Source: Limisphaerales bacterium (GTDB lineage: Bacteria > Verrucomicrobiota > Verrucomicrobiia > Limisphaerales > JAJOIW01). Taken from it: DNA of 20,111 nt. Shown here in pieces: positions 1-9,203 of this stretch. The first letter of the stretch is position 1. The number at the start of each line of letters is the position of its first letter. A program made the translations under genes and the position numbers. The stretch lies in the NCBI GenBank assembly GCA_965657355.1, contig CBFHOE010000001.1, positions 370,128 to 390,238 on the forward strand, written 5' to 3'. The notes under the pieces are model-generated. The model did not search any database and was not told where the DNA came from. It was given only the letters and a program-made list of their open reading frames with translations.

Positions 1-1
1 T

Positions 2-448
2 CTAGCAGCAATTTTCTTTTTCCTCATCGGCTTAGGCATATTTATTTTGAGTACCTTTGTCCCACTGGGAGGAAGGAATGCTGATGGAGACCCCGGGTCA
101 CTATTAATTCCGATAATCTCAGCGGCATTTCTTGTCGTTCTTAGTTTTTATACTTTTGTGGTCAATTTTTCCAAAAATACTTGGGCCGATGAATGGGCTA
201 TGGCGTCGACTCTTATTAAGCCTTTTATTAATGTACTGATTCCCATAACTGTTTTTATTACCATGTTTGAAATTTTAGGGGCTTTTATTTCAATTAGTGG
301 GCTGCTTTGTGGATATTTGTTTTTGTCGGGGTATCCCAAAAAACTGAGTATCGTCATTATTAGTGTAGGGACGTCTTTAATGGTCTGTTTGATCTTTGGC
401 TACTTACTGCGCGTCCCGATGCCTGGTGGTTTGTTAGGCTGGCCATAG
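2..448 (+). CDS. tctB: Tripartite tricarboxylate transporter TctB family protein (5'-partial)
   Basis: The frame is open from position 2 (LAAIFFFLIGLGILFLS...), so the TTG at 47 is probably not the start. The protein is small and very hydrophobic, has a GDPGS loop after the first TM helix and the TctB-like C-terminus 'IFGYLLRVPMPGG', and lies 30 bp upstream of tctA. Confidence 0.8.
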   Translation, partial: LAAIFFFLIGLGIFILSTFVPLGGRNADGDPGSLLIPIISAAFLVVLSFYTFVVNFSKNTWADEWAMASTLIKPFINVLIPITVFITMFEILGAFISISGLLCGYLFLSGYPKKLSIVIISVGTSLMVCLIFGYLLRVPMPGGLLGWP

Positions 449-478
449 ATTTTGGTAATTTTTTAGAGGGTAAAAGGT

Positions 479-1957
479 ATGGTCGAACTATGGGATCTTT
501 CAGTTGTAATACCCTGGTTGCTTGGCATCATGTTTGGGTTGTTTGTCGGATCAACCCCTGGACTTACTGCGACAATGGCAGTTGCTCTCGTTGTTCCCGT
601 CAGCTTTCACATAGATAATCAACTTGGCGGTCTCGCTTTGATTTTGGGCGTCAGCTTTACCTCCATATTTGCCGGTGATTTACCAGCAACGTTTCTAAAA
701 ATACCGGGTACTCCAGCTTCAGCTGCCGCTACTCTTGATAGTTATGAATTAAACAAAAAAGGGCAGGGGGGGAAAGCTATCCACGTCAATCTTATATGCT
801 CATGTATTGGTGGCGTTATTGGTGTTTTAGGCCTTACTTTTTTTGGCCCCCTCATTGCAAAATGGTCGCTGCGGATGGATTCACCGGAATATTTCTGGCT
901 TGCAGTTCTTGGCATTTCAATAAGTGCTATTGTCAGCGGTAAAAATCTTGCAATGGGGATCATGTCGGCAAGTTTGGGTGTTTTTTTATCGACCATCGGG
1001 ATGGACTCTATCAACGGTGCCCAAAGATGGACATTTAAGGCTATGGATTTACAGGAAGGAATCCAACTCATCCCGATGATGATTGGACTTTATGGGCTCG
1101 CTGAAATCCTGAATCGCAATTTTAAGGGTTTCGGACCTAGTTCGAATAATTGGAAAGCAGTTAGCCTTAATCACTCCATGGCTTCTGCTATTCGGGCCGT
1201 AATAAAACACCCAATCACTGTCGTAAGAAGTTCTTTTTTGGGGTGTTTAATTGGAGCCTTGCCTGGAGCTGGGGCTGATATTGGGGCATGGGTTGGATAT
1301 GGAAGTGCTAAAAAATTTTCAAAGAACAAAGATAAATTTGGCCAAGGGGAAATAGAGGGCGTTATTGCTCCGACCAGTGCCAATAACGCTTCAGTAGCTG
1401 GTGCCTGGATTCCAGCTTTGGTATTCGGGATACCTGGGGATGCCGTAACAGCTATTGTTTTGGGAGCCCTCATCATGTACGACATCGAGCCCGGACCTGC
1501 AGTATTTTCACCTCATGAAGGGTCCAAAATTCCTTCATTGCTTTGGATTGCCGGTTTGACACAGGTATTTTTATTTTTTCTTGGCCTGGTGGGAGTGCGC
1601 TGTTTTTCTTTAATCCTTAGACTTCCTCCCAAAGTGCTTGAGGGTTTAATTCTTGTTTTCTGTATAGTGGGATCTTATGCCATCAGGTCCTCTGTCTTCG
1701 ACTTATGGGTGATGTCTCTATTTGGATTGGTAGGGTGGTTTATGAATGCAAAATCCATCCCTGTGGCACCTCTGTTGCTAGGTTTTATTCTTGGTGAAAC
1801 TATTGAAAAGGAGTTGAGAAGTGGACTGATTTCTCACAGTGGAAGCTTTACTCCATTTATTTCTAGTCCATTTTTTGCCTTACTACTGGCAGCTTTTGGT
1901 CTCACGTTTATAGTCGGAAAATTATCCGACAAACGCAATGCGAAGCTTAATCAATAA
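479..1957 (+). CDS. tctA: Tripartite tricarboxylate transporter permease TctA
   Basis: 492-aa polytopic membrane protein with TctA motifs PGLTATMAVAL, IPGTPASAAT, LPGAGADIGAWVGY, EGVIAPTSANNA, FGIPGDAVTA and PLLLGFILG. Confidence 0.93.
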   Translation: MVELWDLSVVIPWLLGIMFGLFVGSTPGLTATMAVALVVPVSFHIDNQLGGLALILGVSFTSIFAGDLPATFLKIPGTPASAAATLDSYELNKKGQGGKAIHVNLICSCIGGVIGVLGLTFFGPLIAKWSLRMDSPEYFWLAVLGISISAIVSGKNLAMGIMSASLGVFLSTIGMDSINGAQRWTFKAMDLQEGIQLIPMMIGLYGLAEILNRNFKGFGPSSNNWKAVSLNHSMASAIRAVIKHPITVVRSSFLGCLIGALPGAGADIGAWVGYGSAKKFSKNKDKFGQGEIEGVIAPTSANNASVAGAWIPALVFGIPGDAVTAIVLGALIMYDIEPGPAVFSPHEGSKIPSLLWIAGLTQVFLFFLGLVGVRCFSLILRLPPKVLEGLILVFCIVGSYAIRSSVFDLWVMSLFGLVGWFMNAKSIPVAPLLLGFILGETIEKELRSGLISHSGSFTPFISSPFFALLLAAFGLTFIVGKLSDKRNAKLNQ

Positions 1958-2306
1958 CAATAGTCGGGTAATCATCTTTGTTCTCCTCATAAAGCTTCGG
2001 GTCTAATGTAAACGCTTTAGTTAGAAATTTGATAGTTTCCTCGCCTGTCAGTGAATCATCTTGTGCTTTTCTGAAGTAACAGAGTGCTATGTTCTCGGTT
2101 ATTACTGCATCAAGGCTTGAAACTCGCTCTTTTTGTAAGTTCTCCAGCCGTATTATGGCTTTGTCATACTTTTGAGCATCGATTAAGGTTGTGACAATTT
2201 CATTAAATTCCTTCCTCAGGCTTGCTTCACCTCTATTTTGAAAAAACATGTAGGTAGCTAGTGGAATCCAAATAATTAAAAGGATAATGCGAATTATGCG
2301 TTTCAT
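1947..2306 (-). CDS. Small membrane-anchored hypothetical protein with TPR-like helices
   Basis: GGAG-like RBS just upstream of the ATG. N-terminal basic + hydrophobic anchor (MKRIIRIILLIIWIPLATYMFF), followed by TPR-like segments (YDKAIIRLE...ENIALCYFRKA...KAFTLDP). Confidence 0.65.
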   Translation of the reverse strand: MKRIIRIILLIIWIPLATYMFFQNRGEASLRKEFNEIVTTLIDAQKYDKAIIRLENLQKERVSSLDAVITENIALCYFRKAQDDSLTGEETIKFLTKAFTLDPKLYEENKDDYPTIVID

Positions 2307-2381
2307 GTCTCCGCTTAGGATATTCTAACGGCTTAGTAATTAAAGGCAAAATGAGAGAATAGAATTTATTGAGATTGTACT

Positions 2382-4763
2382 TTAGGGAATTTTAATTTCG
2401 TTGACTGTATTCAATTTTAAATTCTCAAAAGTAAATTTTTTAAGTTGGGGTGTTGTAAAACTAATTTTGATTTTCTTGGTATTATCTGGCAGAGCAAGTC
2501 TTATGATAGATTCAGGTTGAACGCGGTAACTTTCCCAAGAAGAAATGTATCTCAGAACTTTCATCTTTTCTGATTCAATAGTGACTCCAAGGCCATAAGG
2601 TATTGGATTTCCAGATACACAATTTATATCGAAACCAACCCAATGTATTCTCTTGTTCTCAGCTTCGTTTGATAAGTTTTTAAAAATGTGTAACAGCTGA
2701 GATTTTTCGGGCCAAACATTCATCGATAGAACAATAAGATCTTGATCGCCATCATTGTCTATATCAGTCCAAGTGACATTTCTGCAATCATTGGGCAAGT
2801 GCAGGCCGAGTAACCAGGCAATTTCTATCGCTTTTTTCCCCTCCACGTTTAAGAAGAATCTATTGGCAAAGTATCCCCCGTATGATTCCCCCCTTTGAAC
2901 TACTTCTCTTGCCTCAGAACGAAAAAAACTATTTAGTGTGGAATTGTGATCGGAATTTCCAAGGAATAAGTCGCGGGTCCAAAATCTATTGTCGTAATCA
3001 ACGGAAGACTCTCTCGTAACATGACCTGTAGTAACGTAAAAATCACAAAATCCATCCATATTGATATCCGGATTTGTTATACCCCATCCCCATCCTGAAT
3101 CCGCAACATGTATACTCAATGTTGTTTCCGAACTTAAGCTAGATGATTTGGTGGAAGAAAGGTAAAGCCTATTGCCGTAATTGACTTGTTTGAGTTTTTT
3201 TTGAAAATTTAAATCCAAAGATGGAGTTGTTTGACTCATTCCAACTCTTGTCGCAACCGGGGATTTCATGCCGACGGCAAAAATATCAGCTAATCCGTCA
3301 TTATTCCAATCGGCAATGGAGTGGCCCATGGCAAAGAGATGTCTTGTATCCATCAAAGCATCATTTTGATTTATAAATTTCCAATTTCCTTGATTTGAAA
3401 AAATATCCACACCGGCGAAATCATTAAAGGTGATCAAGTCCAATTGACCATTGAGGTCGATATCTAAAAGGCTAGCGCTGTAATTTCTTCTATTAGAGAA
3501 TTCTTTTACATCTTTGGGCCTATTAATTTTAAGTTTTCCAGTCCCAGTGTTTTCGAGGAAATACGAAGGGAACCCATCATTGGCATCGTAGAATGGCGTC
3601 GGCATCTGCCCTCTATTGAAAGGTATTTTATATTGCCCAACCCACAGATCTAAATCTTTATCACCGTCAACGTCTCCTACCGTAAATGCTAGTGGATTGT
3701 ATAATGTAGTTGGAGCTTTCCATATCTGAACAATTTTATCGCCAAATTTATGATCAGGTGTTCCTTCAATGAGATAAATTCCATCGGGCTTTAATCCGAC
3801 ATAGTCTGGAATGCCATCTGATGTCACGTCTACAAGAAGGGCATTAGAAAACACTTCATCGTAAAGGGAATGGAGGTTCGTGGGTTTAAAATCACCAGGC
3901 GCTTTCATGGTATTTAAATAAACAAGGTTGCGCGTGCCCAGGATAACGTCTGGTAGTCCGTCTTTATTTATATCTCTTATGATTAATGGATCTATAAATC
4001 CAGTCGTATTAACGGGCGGGATTTTTTTCCGAAATGATTCCCGAAAAATTGGAGGAGCAGTGGATGCAACCCCAGATAATTCTGAAGCGTCAATAAATGC
4101 ACACAACCACTTTGTTTGTTCTTTATCCCATTTCCACTCCGATACCAGGTCGCCCGAAAGAGAAAGTCTGACATATTTTTGCCCTGTTTTTTGGTCGCCG
4201 CAATTTAAATAAAGACGACATTGAATAGTTGCGGAGTATCTTTCCGCAGAATCATGAGTTTTTTCAAAACGGATGAGTCGCCACTCAGACCATTCCAGGG
4301 ACCAATTTCGTGACTCGAGATCCATTAGCTTAATTTTTAATTCCTTCAGGCTCAAATGTTGTGGATCAGGCAGCGGGGTAAATTTTTGCCACTGGCCTTT
4401 ATCGATAGGAGATATTTCAAAGTTTGGAATGAGAAAGTAATCAGCATTTACAATTTGATTAATTCCCAAAGGAGAGGAGATATTTGATCTCAAACGACCC
4501 CAGATTGAATCGATATATCTATTCAATGATTGTGCATTTTTCTCAAGTGCCCAATGTTTTTGATCCCAGGATTGAATCAATGCATTAAGCTGGTCAGCAG
4601 TATCTACAACCTTTGGCTTTGCAATTTTAGTTTTTATTTTTTGGTCGCCACAACTGATAAGCAAAATGGACAAAATTGAAAAAATACAGTGGATCCATAA
4701 CTTTTTGAATCTTTCCTCGCTTTTCTTTTTCTGTAACCACATCTTAATTTTCTTGGTAATCAA
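2382..4763 (-). CDS. FG-GAP/VCBS-repeat beta-propeller protein (CRTAC1/ASPIC-UnbV-like), probable lipoprotein
   Basis: Seven Dx(D/N)xDGxxD-type motifs (DINKDGLPD, DVTSDGIPD, DVDGDKDLD, DIDLNGQLD, DWNNDGLAD, DINMDGFCD, DIDNDGDQD), a GWGWG motif, a lipobox-like ILLISC, and a degenerate C-terminal ASPIC/UnbV segment (SWESYRVQPESIIRLAL). The start codon is uncertain (TTG 4763 or a downstream ATG). Confidence 0.82.
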   Translation of the reverse strand: MITKKIKMWLQKKKSEERFKKLWIHCIFSILSILLISCGDQKIKTKIAKPKVVDTADQLNALIQSWDQKHWALEKNAQSLNRYIDSIWGRLRSNISSPLGINQIVNADYFLIPNFEISPIDKGQWQKFTPLPDPQHLSLKELKIKLMDLESRNWSLEWSEWRLIRFEKTHDSAERYSATIQCRLYLNCGDQKTGQKYVRLSLSGDLVSEWKWDKEQTKWLCAFIDASELSGVASTAPPIFRESFRKKIPPVNTTGFIDPLIIRDINKDGLPDVILGTRNLVYLNTMKAPGDFKPTNLHSLYDEVFSNALLVDVTSDGIPDYVGLKPDGIYLIEGTPDHKFGDKIVQIWKAPTTLYNPLAFTVGDVDGDKDLDLWVGQYKIPFNRGQMPTPFYDANDGFPSYFLENTGTGKLKINRPKDVKEFSNRRNYSASLLDIDLNGQLDLITFNDFAGVDIFSNQGNWKFINQNDALMDTRHLFAMGHSIADWNNDGLADIFAVGMKSPVATRVGMSQTTPSLDLNFQKKLKQVNYGNRLYLSSTKSSSLSSETTLSIHVADSGWGWGITNPDINMDGFCDFYVTTGHVTRESSVDYDNRFWTRDLFLGNSDHNSTLNSFFRSEAREVVQRGESYGGYFANRFFLNVEGKKAIEIAWLLGLHLPNDCRNVTWTDIDNDGDQDLIVLSMNVWPEKSQLLHIFKNLSNEAENKRIHWVGFDINCVSGNPIPYGLGVTIESEKMKVLRYISSWESYRVQPESIIRLALPDNTKKIKISFTTPQLKKFTFENLKLNTVNEIKIP

Positions 4764-4798
4764 ATTTTTGGAAAATTAACTCGTTAGAATTTTAAATA

Positions 4799-6046
4799 GT
4801 GAAAATAGCTATCATAAATATCGGTAATGAATTACTGATCGGCCAAACACTGAATTCTCATCATCAGTGGCTGGCTCAAAAGTGCGCCTTAAATGGTTGG
4901 ACCGTGGATCACCAGCAAACTATCAAAGATTCACCAGATGACATTATTAGTGCATTAAAACAAACCATGCCAGCTTTTGATGTCGTTATCACTACCGGGG
5001 GGCTAGGGCCAACATCAGATGACATTACGAGATCAGTTGTTTCGGATTATTTTAACAGCCCCTTGGTAAGATCACATAAAATTGAAGAAAGAATCCGACA
5101 TTACTTTGCTAAAAGAAAAAGGGTCATGCCGGACTCTGTTTTAATCCAAGCCGATATTCCCGAAAATAGCACAGTTTTTGAGAATGATTTTGGAACAGCT
5201 CCAGGGCTAGGGCTGCTGTATGAGAACCATGACTCGTGGTTAATAATGTTACCTGGCCCGCCCAGAGAGCTCCACCCTATGTATGAACACAAAATTGAAC
5301 CGTTTCTCCGCGAGATCGACAAAGAAGCAAACACTTACCATTGCCGCATTATCAGAACAGTTGGTGTGGGTGAATCAAAGGCTCAAGAAATGATTGAGCC
5401 AAAGCTAGCGGATTTTCTGAATCAGGGACTGGATATTGGTTATTGTGCACGAACAGGTGAAGTAGACATAAGAATTTCCTCAAGAAATCAAGAGACATCA
5501 AAGCTCGTCGATAATACGATAACCAAAATACGTTCGATTTTGGGTGACAGCGTAATTGGCGAAGGAGAGATCGAACTAGAGGAAGTTTTAGTTAAAGCAC
5601 TGGTCAGTAAGAAAAAGTCTGTGGCTACTGCTGAAAGTTGCACAGGCGGATCTCTAGCACATCGTATTACACAAGTGCCAGGGGCTTCAGAAATTTTTTT
5701 AGGAGGGGCAATAACATATTCAAACCAAGAAAAAATCAGACAACTTAAAGTGAAATCTGAAACTATAGCTCATTTTGGGGCAGTGTCGGCTCAAGTAGCC
5801 GAAGAAATGGCTGAAGGAATTAAGAGGGAAACAGGTGCTGATTATGGTCTTTCAACAACAGGGATAGCTGGTCCCTCGGGTGGTTCCAAGGACAAGCCGG
5901 TTGGGTCGGTCTTCATGGCCTTAGCTGGCCCAGGAAAAACTGAGGTTTATCACAGAATCAATGCCTTTGATAGGACGACTTTCAAATTCGTAACAACCCA
6001 ACAGATTATGGATCGATTGAGATTAGCCCTCCTTCATAGTGATTAA
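4799..6046 (+). CDS. cinA: Competence/damage-inducible protein CinA (MoCF-like domain + PncC NMN deamidase)
   Basis: N-terminal motifs IGNELLIG, TTGGLGPTSDDIT and LPGPPRE; C-terminal PncC motifs TAESCTGG, GAVSAQVAEEMAEG and STTGIAGPSGG. Confidence 0.95.
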   Translation: MKIAIINIGNELLIGQTLNSHHQWLAQKCALNGWTVDHQQTIKDSPDDIISALKQTMPAFDVVITTGGLGPTSDDITRSVVSDYFNSPLVRSHKIEERIRHYFAKRKRVMPDSVLIQADIPENSTVFENDFGTAPGLGLLYENHDSWLIMLPGPPRELHPMYEHKIEPFLREIDKEANTYHCRIIRTVGVGESKAQEMIEPKLADFLNQGLDIGYCARTGEVDIRISSRNQETSKLVDNTITKIRSILGDSVIGEGEIELEEVLVKALVSKKKSVATAESCTGGSLAHRITQVPGASEIFLGGAITYSNQEKIRQLKVKSETIAHFGAVSAQVAEEMAEGIKRETGADYGLSTTGIAGPSGGSKDKPVGSVFMALAGPGKTEVYHRINAFDRTTFKFVTTQQIMDRLRLALLHSD

Positions 6047-7020
6047 TTTTGGGAAGGATAAGATTGTCCTGTTGTGCTCAAATCTCTATCTGCGATAAGA
6101 AGAGAGGCTGATAGTCCCCGGGCCCATTGGATCACACTATCTTTTAGCTTTGATTCCCTGCAATATTCGATAACAAACACCGGGAGTTTACTTCTTTTTG
6201 CTTTTCGCAAAAATGAAGATTTGTAATTAATCGAGTCTTTTGGTTGCTTTTTTTTGCCATCTGTCCAGAGGTCTTCGATCACAATGCCTGATATCGACTT
6301 GCTATAAATCGATGACTCAAGTAACTGGGTGCCATTTTGAGGCAAAATATAAAATCCTGGTTTCCTAAATCTTGAAAGCTCGCTAATTTTGTTCACCCAT
6401 GCCACCATATCCTTTCGGTAGGATTTTTTGGTCTCCGAGTTTATTTTACCATCTATATACTCTCCAGTTTTAGCTTCAAATTCAAAGTATTCAAACCCAT
6501 CGACAATATCCAAAAATACGCCATCGAATCCCTGTTCAATGATTTCATGAACGATTTCCATTACAATAGACTGCCAAGTGGGATTCCAATATTTGACCTT
6601 GAAATTACCCTCCCAATTGGGATTCTCCTCTAAAATAAAATTCGGACGTGTTTTCTTAATATTCCACTTTTTTCTCCAATAAGAACGATAGGTTTCTGCC
6701 TCGCCAATCGAAATATAGGCCAAGACTATTTTGGGTCTGCCATGTGAAAATTTTAATTTTCTTATTTGTTGAGATGACCATTTTTGAGCTTTTGATCCGT
6801 CAAAACTATAGTCTGTAATCAGGATGTTCTGGTCCAATTTTGATAAAACCTCTATGGCTCCGTCGGGTGATTTGGATAGCTTATCCGGTTGGAGTATGAC
6901 GTTGAAACCGCGAGCCGGGAGTATCTTTGGAAGTCCCGCTCCTTCAACCCATTGAGGGCAATTCCAACAAAAAAAAACTATAACGACGAGGCTGTAAAAA
7001 ATTCTTGTTCGGATCACCAT
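6043..7020 (-). CDS. MJ1477/TM1410-family putative glycoside hydrolase (endo-alpha-1,4-polygalactosaminidase-like, GH114/PelA-like)
   Basis: N-terminal signal/TM segment; motifs LAYISIGEAETYRSYW, ENPNWEGNFKVKYW, GFDGVFLDIVD, PQNG, IEDL and VFVIEY. Confidence 0.85.
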   Translation of the reverse strand: MVIRTRIFYSLVVIVFFCWNCPQWVEGAGLPKILPARGFNVILQPDKLSKSPDGAIEVLSKLDQNILITDYSFDGSKAQKWSSQQIRKLKFSHGRPKIVLAYISIGEAETYRSYWRKKWNIKKTRPNFILEENPNWEGNFKVKYWNPTWQSIVMEIVHEIIEQGFDGVFLDIVDGFEYFEFEAKTGEYIDGKINSETKKSYRKDMVAWVNKISELSRFRKPGFYILPQNGTQLLESSIYSKSISGIVIEDLWTDGKKKQPKDSINYKSSFLRKAKRSKLPVFVIEYCRESKLKDSVIQWARGLSASLLIADRDLSTTGQSYPSQN

Positions 7021-7148
7021 ACAATAATCTTATCGGCAGTTTGACAAATGACCGTAAGAATTGATTAATCGTTTAGGGGTAAAATATTTCAGAATTCATC
7101 CTTTTCATATCAATAGAGGGATTTAGTTCAATTGGGAGTTGGATTTAC

Positions 7149-8045
7149 TCACAGGCCTGCCTCTTGTTTATAAAGGTTGAATAATGCCTGCGTTCCTTTT
7201 TCTCCCAACCCCATTTCTTCTAATTTTGAATATGATTTCAGTGCTAAATCCAGTCCCGGTAAATTTAATCCAAGTTCCCTTGCTGAGTCTCTGGCAATGG
7301 TGATGTCTTTAACGATATGCTTTATAAAAAAACCTGGTTCAAAATCATTATTTAAAATTCTTGGCCCTAAATTTGATAATGACCACGACCCTGCTGCGCC
7401 ACTTTCAATACTCTTCAACACATTTTTTGGGTCCAAGCCACTTTTGTGAGCGTATATAAGAGATTCGCATATGGCTACCATTGTAGAAGCGATCGCTATT
7501 TGATTGCACATTTTGGTATGTTGCCCCGACCCCGCAGGCCCCTGATAGACAATGTTCTTACCCATAATTTGAAACAAAGGTAGGCACTTATCGAAAGTTT
7601 TTTTATCTCCCCCGACCATTATGGAAAGTTTTGCCTCCCGCGCTCCGATATCACCGCCAGAAACCGGGGCATCCATTGCTGAAATATCTCGAGCTCTTCC
7701 TTCTTTTGCTATCTTGATTGCCAAAGCGGGACTGCTTGTCGTCATGTCTATGATTACCTTTCCAGCCTCCGATTTTTCGATGAGGCCATCCTTGCCGAGA
7801 AAAACCGATTCAACATCCTCCGGGAATCCAACGATGGCAAAGGTCACTTCTGAGTTGCTGGCCACTTCGCCTGGAGACGAGCACCAGTGCGCCCCATTCG
7901 AGATTAATCGATCAGCTTTTGATTTCGTTCGATTAAAAATATGGAGTTCATGCCCTGCATTCATGAGGTTCTCAGCCATGCTTGCCCCCATTACACCCGT
8001 TCCTACAAATCCAAGTTTTTGTCCCATTTCTGAAAAATCAATCAT
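7149..8045 (-). CDS. NAD(P)-dependent beta-hydroxyacid dehydrogenase (3-hydroxyisobutyrate dehydrogenase / tartronate semialdehyde reductase family)
   Basis: Rossmann motif GFVGTGVMG, DAPVSGG, and catalytic Lys in GQHTKMCNQI. The start may be the second Met (8027). Confidence 0.92.
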   Translation of the reverse strand: MIDFSEMGQKLGFVGTGVMGASMAENLMNAGHELHIFNRTKSKADRLISNGAHWCSSPGEVASNSEVTFAIVGFPEDVESVFLGKDGLIEKSEAGKVIIDMTTSSPALAIKIAKEGRARDISAMDAPVSGGDIGAREAKLSIMVGGDKKTFDKCLPLFQIMGKNIVYQGPAGSGQHTKMCNQIAIASTMVAICESLIYAHKSGLDPKNVLKSIESGAAGSWSLSNLGPRILNNDFEPGFFIKHIVKDITIARDSARELGLNLPGLDLALKSYSKLEEMGLGEKGTQALFNLYKQEAGL

Positions 8046-8108
8046 CGTCGGTTGGATTTGGAAAGACCAAATCTCAAAAATGTTCTATAAGTTAGAAATA
8101 ATTGATAA

Positions 8109-9203
8109 ATGATCTATAATACGATCATGGAACCGAGGTTTTTAGGTAGTCTGGCGAAACATTTTTTTTGGCGCGTCTGCCTTACTTTTCTATGTCTTTT
8201 TACTATTCAGACCGGCTCAGCAAAGGTTTACTATTTTGAGTCGATTCAAATGGGAATGCCATTTGAAATCCTGATACATCATGAAAAATTATCCAGGGAT
8301 AGAATTCAAGAAATTGCTCAATCAGCTTTTGATGAAATTAATCGACTGAACCAAATTTTTTCAAATTATGAATATGACAGTGAGGTATCCAAACTGTGCC
8401 GAACCGCCGGTGACAATATATGGGTAAAAGTCTCGGATGAATTATGGGACGTTCTCATTTTGTCTCACAAATATTATGACGATTCCGACGGATTATTCGA
8501 TGTGACTATTGGCTCAGCGGCTAATCTTTGGCGTAAATCCAGAAGAGATAAGAGATTGCCAGAAACTCACCTGCTTGAATTAGTTAGATCAAGAATAGGA
8601 CAAAAATACCTCAAGTTTCATTCCAAAGAAAAAAAAGTAAAACTCGAGCTCCCTTTCATGCGGATTGATTTAGGAGGGATAGCAAAAGGTTATGCTCTTG
8701 ATGCGGCAAGCCGTTTATTGAACGAAGCAAATTTTCCCTCTCACATAGTTAAGGCAGGTGGTGATATGGTCATTGGTGAGGCGCCCGGTAATGACAAACA
8801 AAGCCAGCCAGGATGGAAAATCTCACTTTTTCCCAAACAAGATATCCCAGACCATTTGGTGAAATTTCGCTCGTTGTATTTAAGCCAGTGTGCAATTGGC
8901 ACTTCAGGTGATATTAATCAATTCGTAGAGATCAATGGAATAAGGTATTCACACATTATAGATCCGAAAACCTGTTTTGGACTTGTCGGAGCTCGAAGAG
9001 CTGTCGTGATCGCAGAAAATGCCACTGTAGCTGATAGCCATGCTACAATTTCTTGTCTTTTAGACCAAAATGATGTCATAGATTGGTTGCAAAAACGTCA
9101 CCTCGACGCTCATATCCTGCGTCATAACGGATCAAAATTATTGGGCCTGACAACTCGTGGCTTTTGGAGGAAATTTAAAAAATCGTCAAGTGAAGACAAT
9201 TAG
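8109..9203 (+). CDS. apbE: FAD:protein FMN transferase ApbE
   Basis: Motifs FDVTIG, IDLGGIAKGYALD, AGGD, TSGD, RYSHIIDPKT and ADSHAT; N-terminal export signal. The probable start is ATG 8127. Confidence 0.93.
   Translation: MIYNTIMEPRFLGSLAKHFFWRVCLTFLCLFTIQTGSAKVYYFESIQMGMPFEILIHHEKLSRDRIQEIAQSAFDEINRLNQIFSNYEYDSEVSKLCRTAGDNIWVKVSDELWDVLILSHKYYDDSDGLFDVTIGSAANLWRKSRRDKRLPETHLLELVRSRIGQKYLKFHSKEKKVKLELPFMRIDLGGIAKGYALDAASRLLNEANFPSHIVKAGGDMVIGEAPGNDKQSQPGWKISLFPKQDIPDHLVKFRSLYLSQCAIGTSGDINQFVEINGIRYSHIIDPKTCFGLVGARRAVVIAENATVADSHATISCLLDQNDVIDWLQKRHLDAHILRHNGSKLLGLTTRGFWRKFKKSSSEDN

Noticed and set aside
148..1485. Minus-strand ORFs within tctB/tctA
   Set aside because: Antisense shadows of membrane-protein genes.
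7041..7069. Perfect TTGACA on the plus strand (possible antisense promoter into the dehydrogenase)
   Set aside because: The hexamer at 17-bp spacing (ATTAAT) lacks the conserved TA of a -10 box.
7621..8112. 163-aa plus-strand ORF (and 7177..7449)
   Set aside because: Antisense shadows of the well-supported dehydrogenase; Ser/Pro-rich with no motifs.
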